A stretch of DNA of 64,000 nucleotides from Promethearchaeota archaeon (GTDB lineage Archaea > Asgardarchaeota > Lokiarchaeia > Sigyniarchaeales > SOKP01), in the NCBI GenBank assembly GCA_019057865.1, contig JAHLWP010000010.1, positions 18,163 to 82,162 of the forward strand. Direction: 5' to 3'. Under the pieces are notes generated by a model. The model was not told where the DNA came from. It saw only the letters and a program-made list of their open reading frames with translations, and did not search any database. A program made the position numbers and the translations under genes. Of the stretch, positions 38,466-47,529 are shown piece by piece (position 1 is the first letter of the stretch; the number at the start of each line of letters is the position of its first letter).

Positions 38466-39008
38466 ATGGTATTTCCCTGTTTAGTGTCACATTCAAAATT
38501 TTCTCAGAGGGGAATTGGGAAACAATTAATTGAAGCGGCAGAGAAAGAAACTTTCAATCAAAAGCGAAAGGGAATTGCAACGATTGGTTATTTTTGGGAT
38601 TTTTGGTTTATGCCTGCAAAGTATTTTTTAAACCTTGGTTTTAAAGTCGTGGTAAGGAGGGGTGAAGAAGCAATATTATGGAAACAGTTTGATCAAACTG
38701 CAGAACCACCTACATTTAGGGAAGAAAACTATAAATTTAAACCCATTAAAGGAAAAGTGGTAATAGATCTATTTTGGAGTACTTTCTGTTTAACCAGTGA
38801 TGTTGAAGCCCAAAGAGTTCGAGAAATAGTCTCAGAATATGGAGGTACTGTGATTTTAAATGAATATTCTGCTGATAATCAATCAATTTTACAACAATAT
38901 GGTATTTCTCGAAGAATCTATGTGAATGGTAAAATAGTTGAAGTGGGTCCAGAAATAGAAAAAGAAGAGCTTAGACAAGAAATTGAAAATGCTAAAATAA
39001 AGATTTAG
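38466..39008 (+). pseudogene. 5'-truncated GNAT acetyltransferase with C-terminal YoaP-like thioredoxin-fold domain
   Basis: It begins directly at GNAT motif A ('[23 protein letters not shown]'), so beta1-beta3 are missing. The C-terminal 'KVVIDLFWSTFC...YVNGKIV' resembles the YoaP-like domain. The first 75 codons of track ORF 38241.. are antisense to the ATPase fragment. Confidence 0.5.
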
Positions 39009-40141
39009 CTTTGCGAATTTTTTAACTCCATAAGTAATTCATGTATGCGACTAAGTGCTTGGGTAAGGTAATCTTGCGGCAGTCCAAAACCAATCCGAAG
39101 GAACTTGTCCATACCGAAAAAATCCCCTGGTATAATGAGTACATTCTTTTCCTTTCGCAAACGCTCTGCAAATTCAGTAGAATTGATATCTAAGTGATAA
39201 CGTAAGAAAAGGATTGCAGCTGCTTGTGGAGGTATAAAACTGAATGTATTTTTGTGGTTATCCATCCATGATTGTAAAACCAGATATCCATTACGAATGA
39301 ACTTACGAGTACGCTTGATAATGCGCGGTCTTACTTTAGGGGACAAGGCGATCGCAGCGAGTTTGTTTGATAACATCGTGGCACTGATTGTAGTATACTC
39401 GTGTCTAGCCCAAATATTATCTATAGTATCAATAGGACCGAGTACCCAGCCAATACGAAGTCCAGGTAAACCATATGCTTTACTCATACTACCCACCGCT
39501 AGTACTTTGTCGTATCGTCCATAAAATGAAGGAGTTTGATCGTTTATCAAACGTTCAGCACCAATATAGACTTCATCGGCCAAAATCCATGCACCAACTC
39601 GTTCTGCTGCATTAACAATAGCATCCATTTCATTCTCAGTAAGGATATAACCAGTAGGGTTATTAGGATTACATACGGCGATGAGTTTGGTATTTTTTGT
39701 CACTTTTTCTTGTAATTCATCTAAGTCAGGTGCCCAACCATTTTCCTCGAGTAGATGGAGTTTTCTTAACCTAAAATTATTGTTCTTGGCAATACCCCAA
39801 ATTTGCATGTAATTTGGTAGCATCATGACGATTTCATCACCAGCAGCAAGTAACGTACGGATAGCATTATAATTGGCTTCAATTGCCCCTACCGTAACCA
39901 AAACATTGTCCGCCGTAGCACCATCATATAACGCAGCAATATTTTCCCTTAGTTCGGGGATGCCATTAACATGTGGATAATTCAGATCAGTAGCAAGAAG
40001 ATGATTGATATAATCTGGATCATCTGAAAGTAATTCGCTGAGCGACATTGGATGAACACTACTTTCGGTCAGGTTGAACTCAACATCCTGCTCAAACTTG
40101 GACATCCAGCGTTCTTTAGCAAAGGGTTGAAATTTTTGCAT
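39005..40141 (-). CDS. class I/II PLP-dependent aminotransferase
   Basis: 'NPNNPTG', 'DEVY', 'SMSKAYGLPGLRIGW' (PLP-Lys) and 'LRIGFG' near the C-terminus. Confidence 0.85.
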   Translation of the reverse strand: MQKFQPFAKERWMSKFEQDVEFNLTESSVHPMSLSELLSDDPDYINHLLATDLNYPHVNGIPELRENIAALYDGATADNVLVTVGAIEANYNAIRTLLAAGDEIVMMLPNYMQIWGIAKNNNFRLRKLHLLEENGWAPDLDELQEKVTKNTKLIAVCNPNNPTGYILTENEMDAIVNAAERVGAWILADEVYIGAERLINDQTPSFYGRYDKVLAVGSMSKAYGLPGLRIGWVLGPIDTIDNIWARHEYTTISATMLSNKLAAIALSPKVRPRIIKRTRKFIRNGYLVLQSWMDNHKNTFSFIPPQAAAILFLRYHLDINSTEFAERLRKEKNVLIIPGDFFGMDKFLRIGFGLPQDYLTQALSRIHELLMELKNSQS

Positions 40142-40320
40142 TTTATTGTTTTACTATTTGGAATTAATTTAAAAGAGTATTAAATCTATTTTAAATCTTC
40201 TTTGATCTATTATTTTTCTTAATCAATTGTACAATTATTCTAGTTGATAAATCGAAGTATGTCTCTAGGTTACCTTAAATCAACATTTCAATTAAGAATT
40301 TCAATATTATTCTAATATAT

Positions 40321-40539
40321 CTATATACGTATATACGTGACAATTCCTTCTAATGTGTCTGTTGAAATCACGCTTCCAGTACTAAAATGGTCTGATGTTA
40401 CCCAGTTTGGATTTATCAAGATTTTTTCTTCTGAATTGGTGATAAAATCTTTTAAAGGGATCAATTTAAGGGTTCTTAAAACTACCGCTTGAGTCGTTTC
40501 ATGAGATCCTCTTTTAACAACGTAGACTTTCGTTTTCAT
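40321..40539 (-). pseudogene. possible N-terminal fragment of a DUF362-family protein
   Basis: A 72-aa ORF. 'KVYVVKRGSHE...LKDFI...EKILINPNWV' resembles the start of DUF362 proteins, but the ORF ends after ~70 aa. The call is weak. Confidence 0.3.
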
Positions 40540-40616
40540 TTTTGTAACATTTAATTCAAATGAAAGGATTAAAATATCAAATTATATAAATTACTGAACT
40601 AAAAACGATAGGTGTT

Positions 40617-40629
40617 AAAAAAAAAAAAA
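40617..40629 (-). terminator. oligo-T (T13 on the sense strand) tract downstream of the ABC operon
   Basis: An A13 run on the + strand lies 84 nt beyond the minus-strand stop at 40713. Confidence 0.4.
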
Positions 40630-40712
40630 TTTTATAATTTAATTATTATCTTTTACATAACTAAAAGTTGAGGGCTCTCATTTTTTTCAATAGGTAGTAA
40701 TTATTGGGCATC

Positions 40713-41462
40713 CTACAATCCCGGAATCGCCGTTCGTTTGTGGATGACATCTAGTACTTTGGAAACAGTTGAGATCAAGACTATAAAGATGATAGCGATA
40801 ATAATGAATGTAGCCTCTGGGATAAACTCCCTAAATACGAGATAGTGAGCCTTGCCAAAAAGTTCTGGTACTCCAATATACCAGACAACTATAGTATATT
40901 TCGGAAGATAGGCGGCTTCGTTGGACCATGCAGGAATAACACGGCGTAAAGCCTGTGGCAACACGATATGGACTATACCCGCCCGACGAGACATACCCAG
41001 CGATTGGGCAGCTACTAGTTGCTCAGTACCAACAGATGTAATAGCACCACGGAGGTATTCAGCTTGATAAGCCGCACTATTAAGACCTAAAGCGAGGATA
41101 CCTACTAAAATTTCTGGATTTAAAAAGATGAAAGTCATCTCCCTATTACTGATTCTAAAGTTAGTGTAGAAGGCCCACCTTTTAATGGGGATATTCAAGC
41201 TATAAGGGAGAAAGTATAGGAGTAATATCTGTGCTAGTAAAGGTGTACCCCGCACAATTTCGATGTACCCAGTAGCAATCCGTGAAATAATTGCCCCCCC
41301 ATATTGGCGAAGAATGGCGAGGAAAAGGCCAAGAAAAAAGCCTATCACTAGTGCCCATACATATAACCAAATCATCATTGTAAAACCTTCTAGGATTTCA
41401 TCCCAGTATTCTAGTACGGTAAGTAAGTCCTGAATTTCCTGAGGGAGAGCTTGGAACATCAT
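40713..41462 (-). CDS. polar amino-acid ABC transporter permease (second permease)
   Basis: It has the EAA-like loop 'GTEQLVAAQSLGMSRRAGIVHIVLPQALRRVIP' and multiple TMs. It overlaps the ATPase gene by 4 nt. Confidence 0.85.
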   Translation of the reverse strand: MMFQALPQEIQDLLTVLEYWDEILEGFTMMIWLYVWALVIGFFLGLFLAILRQYGGAIISRIATGYIEIVRGTPLLAQILLLYFLPYSLNIPIKRWAFYTNFRISNREMTFIFLNPEILVGILALGLNSAAYQAEYLRGAITSVGTEQLVAAQSLGMSRRAGIVHIVLPQALRRVIPAWSNEAAYLPKYTIVVWYIGVPELFGKAHYLVFREFIPEATFIIIAIIFIVLISTVSKVLDVIHKRTAIPGL

Positions 41463-42250
41463 TTGTTTTCGTCCTCATTTGACAATTTCAGAAGTCCTTC
41501 ATGGCCTCCGTATAAAATATCAAGTTGCTTAAGAAAAGCTTTCACACGATCAGACTTTGGTGAGACGAAGAAATGTTGCGGGGTTCCTCGTTCTATTATG
41601 ACGCCATCACCGAGGAAAAGCATTTCTGATGAAACAGCTCTTGCGAATCCCATTTCGTGAGTTACTACTATCATTGTAGTACCAGTTTTAGCAAGATCCA
41701 ACATTGCTTGAAGTACTTCACCAATCAGTTCAGGATCCAAAGCAGAGGTTGGTTCATCAAACAAAATAACTTCAGGCTCCATTACCAATGCACGTGCAAT
41801 ACCTACACGCTGTTGTTGACCACCGGATAATTGTGCAGGATAATGATCAGCCCATTCCGCCATCCTTACTTGATGTAAAGCTTTCGATGCCTTCGAGCGA
41901 GCCTCTTCCTTTGATACACCTTTTACTCGGTGAAGACCGATACTAACGTTATCTATTGCTCTGAGATGCGCAAAAAGATTAAAATGTTGGAATACCATAC
42001 CGATATTTGCTCGCATTTTGTTAAGATTGATTCCAGGCTCCATTAGATTCTGTTCCGAGAGATATACCTCTCCTTGGTCTGGTGGATCCAGCATATTGAT
42101 GCAACGAAGCAATGTGCTCTTACCAGAGCCGCTTGGTCCAAAGATAACCTTCACCTCTCGTTCCATTAACTCAAATGAGATCCCCTTAAGAACCTCCAAT
42201 TCTCCATATGATTTCCACACATCAACGATGCGTAGCACGGATTTACCCAT
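41459..42250 (-). CDS. polar amino-acid ABC transporter ATP-binding protein
   Basis: Walker A 'GPSGSGKST', Q-loop, signature 'LSGGQQQRV', Walker B '[11 protein letters not shown]' and H-loop 'VTHEM'. Confidence 0.9.
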   Translation of the reverse strand: MGKSVLRIVDVWKSYGELEVLKGISFELMEREVKVIFGPSGSGKSTLLRCINMLDPPDQGEVYLSEQNLMEPGINLNKMRANIGMVFQHFNLFAHLRAIDNVSIGLHRVKGVSKEEARSKASKALHQVRMAEWADHYPAQLSGGQQQRVGIARALVMEPEVILFDEPTSALDPELIGEVLQAMLDLAKTGTTMIVVTHEMGFARAVSSEMLFLGDGVIIERGTPQHFFVSPKSDRVKAFLKQLDILYGGHEGLLKLSNEDENK

Positions 42251-42252
42251 CT

Positions 42253-42981
42253 TTATCCACCTCCCATTCCCAACTCTTCAAGTTTCTTGGTTTGCCGTTC
42301 GCCAAATAATCTTGTTATAGGATAGGTGAATAGAAAATATATAATCGCCACAATACCTATGGATAGAGCCCATAAATCAACGAAATTTGATGATATCTGT
42401 AAGGACGCGTTCGTCATCTCGACAATTCCAACCGTGAGGGCAAAGGATGAATCCTTGATGACCACCGCATATTCATTCGACCAGCTAGGAACCGCTAGCC
42501 GTAAGGCTTGTGGTAATATAATAGTTCGTAAAGCTTGGAAACGGCTCATCCCCAATGCACGAGCAGCCTCCTCCTGCCCTGGATTCACAGATAGAAGAGC
42601 GCCCCGAAAAATCTGAGATTGGTAAGCACCACTGCGAAGGGCAAGTGCCAAAATTACACCGACAAGCGGCCTATAACGTAGCTCTATGCCATAACATCTA
42701 TTACCAAAGCAAATCTCATACAAATAAGTTAGATAAATAGCAAAAATGAATATCAGAACCAGAATTGGGATTCCACGAAATATTTTTTCATAGCCACTCG
42801 CTAACCAATTAAGTTCTTTACCACCATAAACGCGCATAATTGCCAGTGATAAACCTATCACAAACCCACCTAATAGACCTAGAGCTGTGAGCAATAATGT
42901 TGCAGGCAATCCTTTCGAAAGAATATAAAAAAAAATTTCAGCGGAATTGGGAGGATTCGGAATGCTGTTCACCCAAACCAT
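42253..42981 (-). CDS. polar amino-acid ABC transporter permease (first permease)
   Basis: 'GQEEAARALGMSRFQALRTIILPQALRLAVP' EAA motif. It overlaps the SBP gene by 13 nt. Confidence 0.85.
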   Translation of the reverse strand: MVWVNSIPNPPNSAEIFFYILSKGLPATLLLTALGLLGGFVIGLSLAIMRVYGGKELNWLASGYEKIFRGIPILVLIFIFAIYLTYLYEICFGNRCYGIELRYRPLVGVILALALRSGAYQSQIFRGALLSVNPGQEEAARALGMSRFQALRTIILPQALRLAVPSWSNEYAVVIKDSSFALTVGIVEMTNASLQISSNFVDLWALSIGIVAIIYFLFTYPITRLFGERQTKKLEELGMGGG

Positions 42982-43766
42982 TTTTCGATGAGTAAATCCA
43001 TAGTTCCATCTCCAAAGGCATTAAGGATGACTGTATTGATTTCTTTCATCAGCTCGGGTTCTTCCCAACGACACCAAAGTGCTGTAGGCTCAGCTGGTAC
43101 TGTGAATATAGACTTAAATGCGTATGTTTTGGCATAGACGGTAAAAACTGGTTCATCTACAAATGCAGCATCAATCGTTCCAGCATCTAATGCGGCCATA
43201 AGTATGTTAGCTTTAGGGTATACTAAAAGATCTACGCCTTCAGTCATGCCGAGGTCTAATAAGGTATCATGCTGTGTGGTACCCGATTGAACACCAACAG
43301 TGTAAGCTGTAATTTCATCTAAACTAGTGATATTAATCGTTGAGGCAGTCTTGACGATGACAACCTCAGTTACACGAATGTAGGGCACGGAATGCGCGAG
43401 TTGTTCTGCACGAGTTGGTGTAACCATCATTGCAGCCGCAATCATATCGATAGTGCCTGCTTTACAAGCACCAATCAAGATATCAAAATCCATATCTGTC
43501 ATCCTTAGGCTAACATTGAGATGCGCAGCTATCATGGCTGACAGATCGACGTCGAAACCTTGCCACTCATCCGCAGTAACATTAAATATCTCAAAAGGGG
43601 GCCATGGTTCATCAGTTCCCACATAAATATAGCCTCGATCCTGAATCTCCTCGAGTAATGTCTTCCCTTCTGGTTCTGCGGTAAGAAGTGGAGGTATAAA
43701 CCATCCAAGACCGAATCCAACTGCGAGACCAACTATAATACCTAATATAGCAAATTCTCTTTTCAT
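42969..43766 (-). CDS. family-3 (polar amino acid) substrate-binding protein with N-terminal membrane anchor
   Basis: N-terminal TM 'FAILGIIVGLAVGFGLGWFI'. 'GTDEPWPPFE', 'GFDVDL' and 'IDMIAAAMMVTPTRAEQ' are typical SBP_bac_3 blocks. Confidence 0.85.
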   Translation of the reverse strand: MKREFAILGIIVGLAVGFGLGWFIPPLLTAEPEGKTLLEEIQDRGYIYVGTDEPWPPFEIFNVTADEWQGFDVDLSAMIAAHLNVSLRMTDMDFDILIGACKAGTIDMIAAAMMVTPTRAEQLAHSVPYIRVTEVVIVKTASTINITSLDEITAYTVGVQSGTTQHDTLLDLGMTEGVDLLVYPKANILMAALDAGTIDAAFVDEPVFTVYAKTYAFKSIFTVPAEPTALWCRWEEPELMKEINTVILNAFGDGTMDLLIEKWFG

Positions 43767-44083
43767 ATAATTATCATCTCCTTATTTTTAATTATAGATA
43801 ATTTCTGTATTGTTATTTTTGGAAAAATTTCTATGTTGAAATATTCAATGAGTAAACTTATAAAGATTTCCATCTTTGTTTTAACAATATTAATTATTTC
43901 TATCCTTAAAATTTTTATTGAGTAATCGAAATAGTATATATTATATTTCATTATTTATCGTAAATTTGTAAGATATAACTAAATGTAGGGGAAATGTTAC
44001 ATTTCTTTACTATTTTTAGTTCAAATAACAATCATAAAAAAACAATTATATTATAAAAAAGAAAAAAAATTTGTAAAATCTAA

Positions 44084-44455
44084 TTAATTTGCTTTTAAAA
44101 CTAATGTTATAGCTCTCGTTAAACGAATAATATCCATTACTTTACCTTTCTCTACATTAATTTCTTCACGACTAATGGCATGCGTGAAATCACCTTTTCC
44201 ATTACAAATTTTAACGATTGAATTAGGATCTCCAGACATAACAATAACTGAATCTGATTTGGTCCCTTCTAACAAAATTGCTTTGCGGTTTTTAATATCT
44301 ACATAAAAAGGGTCTTCAATATCAAGGTTGAATTGAAATGACATTTCCCAATCAACGTCCTTCCCAGCAATATTAGTTACAAAAACAACTTGAGCTTTTT
44401 CATTTTGGTTTATTTTTTCAATAATTTTTGTTAAATTATCTCTTGCTATACCCAT
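44084..44455 (-). CDS. SCP2 (sterol carrier protein 2)-like domain protein
   Basis: 123 aa. 'VIVMSGDPNSIVKICNGKGDFTHAISREEINVEKGKVMD' resembles the SCP2 C-terminal helix/strand pattern. GGAGGG lies upstream, with a 2-nt gap from the DUF35 stop. Confidence 0.6.
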   Translation of the reverse strand: MGIARDNLTKIIEKINQNEKAQVVFVTNIAGKDVDWEMSFQFNLDIEDPFYVDIKNRKAILLEGTKSDSVIVMSGDPNSIVKICNGKGDFTHAISREEINVEKGKVMDIIRLTRAITLVLKAN

Positions 44456-44457
44456 TT

Positions 44458-44952
44458 TTACTTCCCTCCTTCATATTCAGGTTTATTAATCCAGTTTTCA
44501 TATTCATCTTCTGGAACAAAGAAGAAATCTGTCATTTTCCCTTCTCTTACTTTGTTAAAAACAGCTCTAACTCTTCTTCCTTTTTTAATCTTAGAAGGAA
44601 CTAAATTTTCTGAAAAAATTCCTTGAAGTAATGCGGTTTCTGCTCCATCTAATTTTATAAAGCCTATACTATAAGGTACGGCTTTTATAAATGCAGAAGT
44701 TGTATACCATACAATTGTGCTAACTTCTATAGTTCCTGTTTGGTTCAATTCTACCCATTTAGCAGGAGCAAAACAATCAGAGCAATTGATCCTTGGAGGC
44801 ATCCATGTCTTTCCACATTTAGTACATTTTGTGCCCAATAGTTTTTTATTTTTCATTAATTCTAAAAAGAATTTGGATTGTCCTCCCATTGTGTATTTGT
44901 AGTTGATCCTTATTACATCTCTTATTTGATGCTCCTGAAATTCTTCGCTCAT
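44458..44952 (-). CDS. DUF35 Zn-ribbon/OB-fold protein
   Basis: 'CTKCGKTWMPPRINCSDCFA' ribbon plus OB fold. ATGA overlap with the upstream thiolase-like reading frame. GAGGAGGGG lies upstream (44964..44972 on the + strand). Confidence 0.8.
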   Translation of the reverse strand: MSEEFQEHQIRDVIRINYKYTMGGQSKFFLELMKNKKLLGTKCTKCGKTWMPPRINCSDCFAPAKWVELNQTGTIEVSTIVWYTTSAFIKAVPYSIGFIKLDGAETALLQGIFSENLVPSKIKKGRRVRAVFNKVREGKMTDFFFVPEDEYENWINKPEYEGGK

Positions 44953-46298
44953 GGTTTTTTCAACCCCTCCTCATTTGTCATTACTATAACCGCAGCATAT
45001 GCCGCTCCAGGGCCTCCTATTGAGTGAGCAATAGCTCTGCCATTTTCAATTGTTTTTATTTGATGCTTTCCAGCATCCTCTCTAAGCTGAAGTGCTGCTT
45101 CACCTGTAGACATTATCCCGGTAGCACCAACAGCATGACCACATCCAATTAATCCACCGCAAGGGCAACATGGTAATTCACCATCTAACCATGGCCCCTC
45201 CCCTGGTTTTTCAAAGGATTTTTCAATCCATGGACCACCTTCCCCAAAAGGAACAAACCCAAGCTCCTCATAAGAGATGACTTCTTATCCAGAGAATATC
45301 GAACTGATATTCATTGTCCTGAGAAGGCATCATGGAGCTCTGCTAAATCAATTTGTTCCTTTATTTTATTATAGTCTAAGCCTGCCATCTTATACGCGGC
45401 TTTTGCAGCAAAAATATTTGAATATAACCTTCCCATATCTTCTCTATTTCCTATAAAACAATCGGTATTTGCTGCTGCGACACCAGTAATCCAAATCGGC
45501 TTTTCAATTTTTAATTCTCTTACTTTTTCTTCACTTGCGAGAATTAATGCTGCTGATGCTTCTGAATATAAACAACAATCAAGCATCTTGAAGGGATGAC
45601 AAATTATCCTTGAGTATAGGACATCATCTAAGGAAATTTTCATAGGGGATTGTGCTTTTGGATTGAGCATAGCATTCCCATGGTTTTTTACGCTAACTTT
45701 AGCCAATTTTAACTAATTGTTAAGATTTAAAGCCATTTGTTCTTCGGTAGGATTACCGAATTCTTCATAATGGGCGTTTACCATAGAAACGTACGAGGTT
45801 GCTGCCATCATTCCCATAGGATATTTACGAAATATGTAGAACTTACACCATTTTTTCGTAAGTCATATCAGTAGAATAGGCGATGGCATTCAAAACTTCA
45901 GGTGTCGTAGTTCCTGTTTGTTCGTCATAGCAATCATTGCATTTTTCGACTCCTATACATAAACATAAGTCAGATAAGCCAGAAGCTACTTCTGCAAAAG
46001 CCATTCGGACAGTATATCCTCCTGTTGCTCCTCCTGTTGCTATACGAGTACCAGGTTTATTATTCATCCCTATATAGGAATTACAAAAAATATCTGGCAT
46101 AAATTGTCTTTCAAATAGCTCATTATAGATTCCATATACCGTAGATTGTAAATCCTTATGAGTTATTTCAGCACCGTTATTATTTGCGTCCTCAAGTGCT
46201 AATTTTGTTGCATCATATGCTAATTCAAAATATGTCTTATCTAAATACTGGGCTTTAAAAGGAGTAATTCCTATACCTATAATCGCAACTTTCTTCAC
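44949..46298 (-). pseudogene. SCPx-type thiolase-fold gene broken into at least three frames
   Basis: The N-terminal piece (45843..46298, 'IATGGATGGYTV') ends at a frameshift in an A-run (GAAAAAATGG). The middle piece carries an in-frame TAG inside a 30-nt insertion. 'ELHDAFSGQ*' is followed by further stops. The C-terminal piece ('GGLIGCGHAVGATG...VMTNEEGLKKP*') has no start of its own. Confidence 0.65.
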
Positions 46299-46465
46299 AT
46301 TTTTTCACATTTTATATTATTTTATGTTTTTTGATATTAGATATATTTATTATATATTCTTTTCCAATTTTTTTTAGAGAGTAAATCGTTAAAAGTTTAA
46401 ATCTTACATTATTTAATTCTATAATTGTATTATAATTAACAGTTTGTTAACAAAAGTGAAAAAAA

Positions 46466-47500
46466 TTGGTTTTAGAGACAAATATAACTGAAATGTTAGG
46501 AATTAAGCATCCAATTGTTGGAGCACCTATGGGACCTTTTTATACAACTGAATTAACGGTAGCAGTATCTGAAGCGGGAGGATTAGGAGTTTTAAGTCAT
46601 ACTAATTTATTCGGTAAAAGCAGTACTGAAGAAATGAAGAAAAATATGGAATATGTTATTGAACATACAGATAAACCTTTTGGTTTTAATATTAGAACAG
46701 CAAGGATGCAAATGGATGCTATAAAACTTTGTAGAGAAATACCCAAGTTCATTATGAGCAAACCAAAATTAAGGGAACAGGTAAGATATGCAATAACTTC
46801 TGCTGGTTCCGCTCGTATGTTGCTAAGAAGTAAAAATTACCAGAAATTAAAAGAAGTGTCTGATATCAGAAATTTCCATGTAGCTCCAGCATTTTGGTTA
46901 GCTAGAAAATGCGTAGAGGCAGGAGTTGATGGGCTTGTAGTAACTGGATTTGAAGGGGGTGGTCATCAATCATATGAGAAAACATCTACCTTAGTTTTGA
47001 TTCAACAGGTAAAACAAGCATTTCCTGATATTCCCATAATTGCATGTGGAGGATTTGCAACGGGTGTAGGGCTTGCTGGAGCATTAGCAATGGGAGCAGG
47101 AGCGATAGCTATGGGAACTAGATTCATTGCATCAAAAGATAGTGAATTTCATGAAAATTATAAACAAATTGTAGCTCCTGCGAAAGCTCCTGATACAACA
47201 GTAGTCACAGGATTTATAGCTCCAATAAGATTATGGAAAAATACATACACATCCCATCATGATACTGTGAAAAATAAAAATGAGAAACTCGTAAAGGAGA
47301 GTGAAATGTTAATACAAGATTTGCTTATTGATCAAAAGAATTATGAAATGGTATATGAAGGGTATATAGAAAATAGTGCTGTTCCTTTAGGTCAAAGTTG
47401 TGGTATAATCAATAGTATCGATAATGTAAAAGATATTATTGAAAATATAGTAAAAGATGCAGAAATTTACCTTAAAAATTCAAATAACTTTATAAAATAA
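46466..47500 (+). CDS. nitronate monooxygenase / FabK-like FMN-dependent enoyl reductase family protein
   Basis: 'ITEMLGIKHPIVGAPMG...AVSEAGGLGVL', 'GFEGGGH' and 'GAGAIAMGTRF' TIM-barrel NMO motifs. TTG start, or the ATG 9 codons downstream. Confidence 0.8.
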   Translation: MVLETNITEMLGIKHPIVGAPMGPFYTTELTVAVSEAGGLGVLSHTNLFGKSSTEEMKKNMEYVIEHTDKPFGFNIRTARMQMDAIKLCREIPKFIMSKPKLREQVRYAITSAGSARMLLRSKNYQKLKEVSDIRNFHVAPAFWLARKCVEAGVDGLVVTGFEGGGHQSYEKTSTLVLIQQVKQAFPDIPIIACGGFATGVGLAGALAMGAGAIAMGTRFIASKDSEFHENYKQIVAPAKAPDTTVVTGFIAPIRLWKNTYTSHHDTVKNKNEKLVKESEMLIQDLLIDQKNYEMVYEGYIENSAVPLGQSCGIINSIDNVKDIIENIVKDAEIYLKNSNNFIK

Positions 47501-47529
47501 ATTGATATTATAAAAAAAAATAATTTTGA

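Noticed and set aside
40321-40340. Tandem 8-mer 'tatatacg tatatacg'. More generally, I searched for CRISPR-like or longer tandem repeat arrays.
   Set aside because: There are only two copies of an 8-mer, located at the end of a small ORF. I saw no array of regularly spaced repeats anywhere in the window.
45713-45715. The in-frame TAG in the thiolase-like gene as a possible pyrrolysine or read-through codon.
   Set aside because: The TAG lies inside a 30-nt insertion that is absent from all three paralogs. The same gene also has a frameshift and further TGA/TAA stops, and no pyl genes are visible. A pseudogene is the simpler reading.
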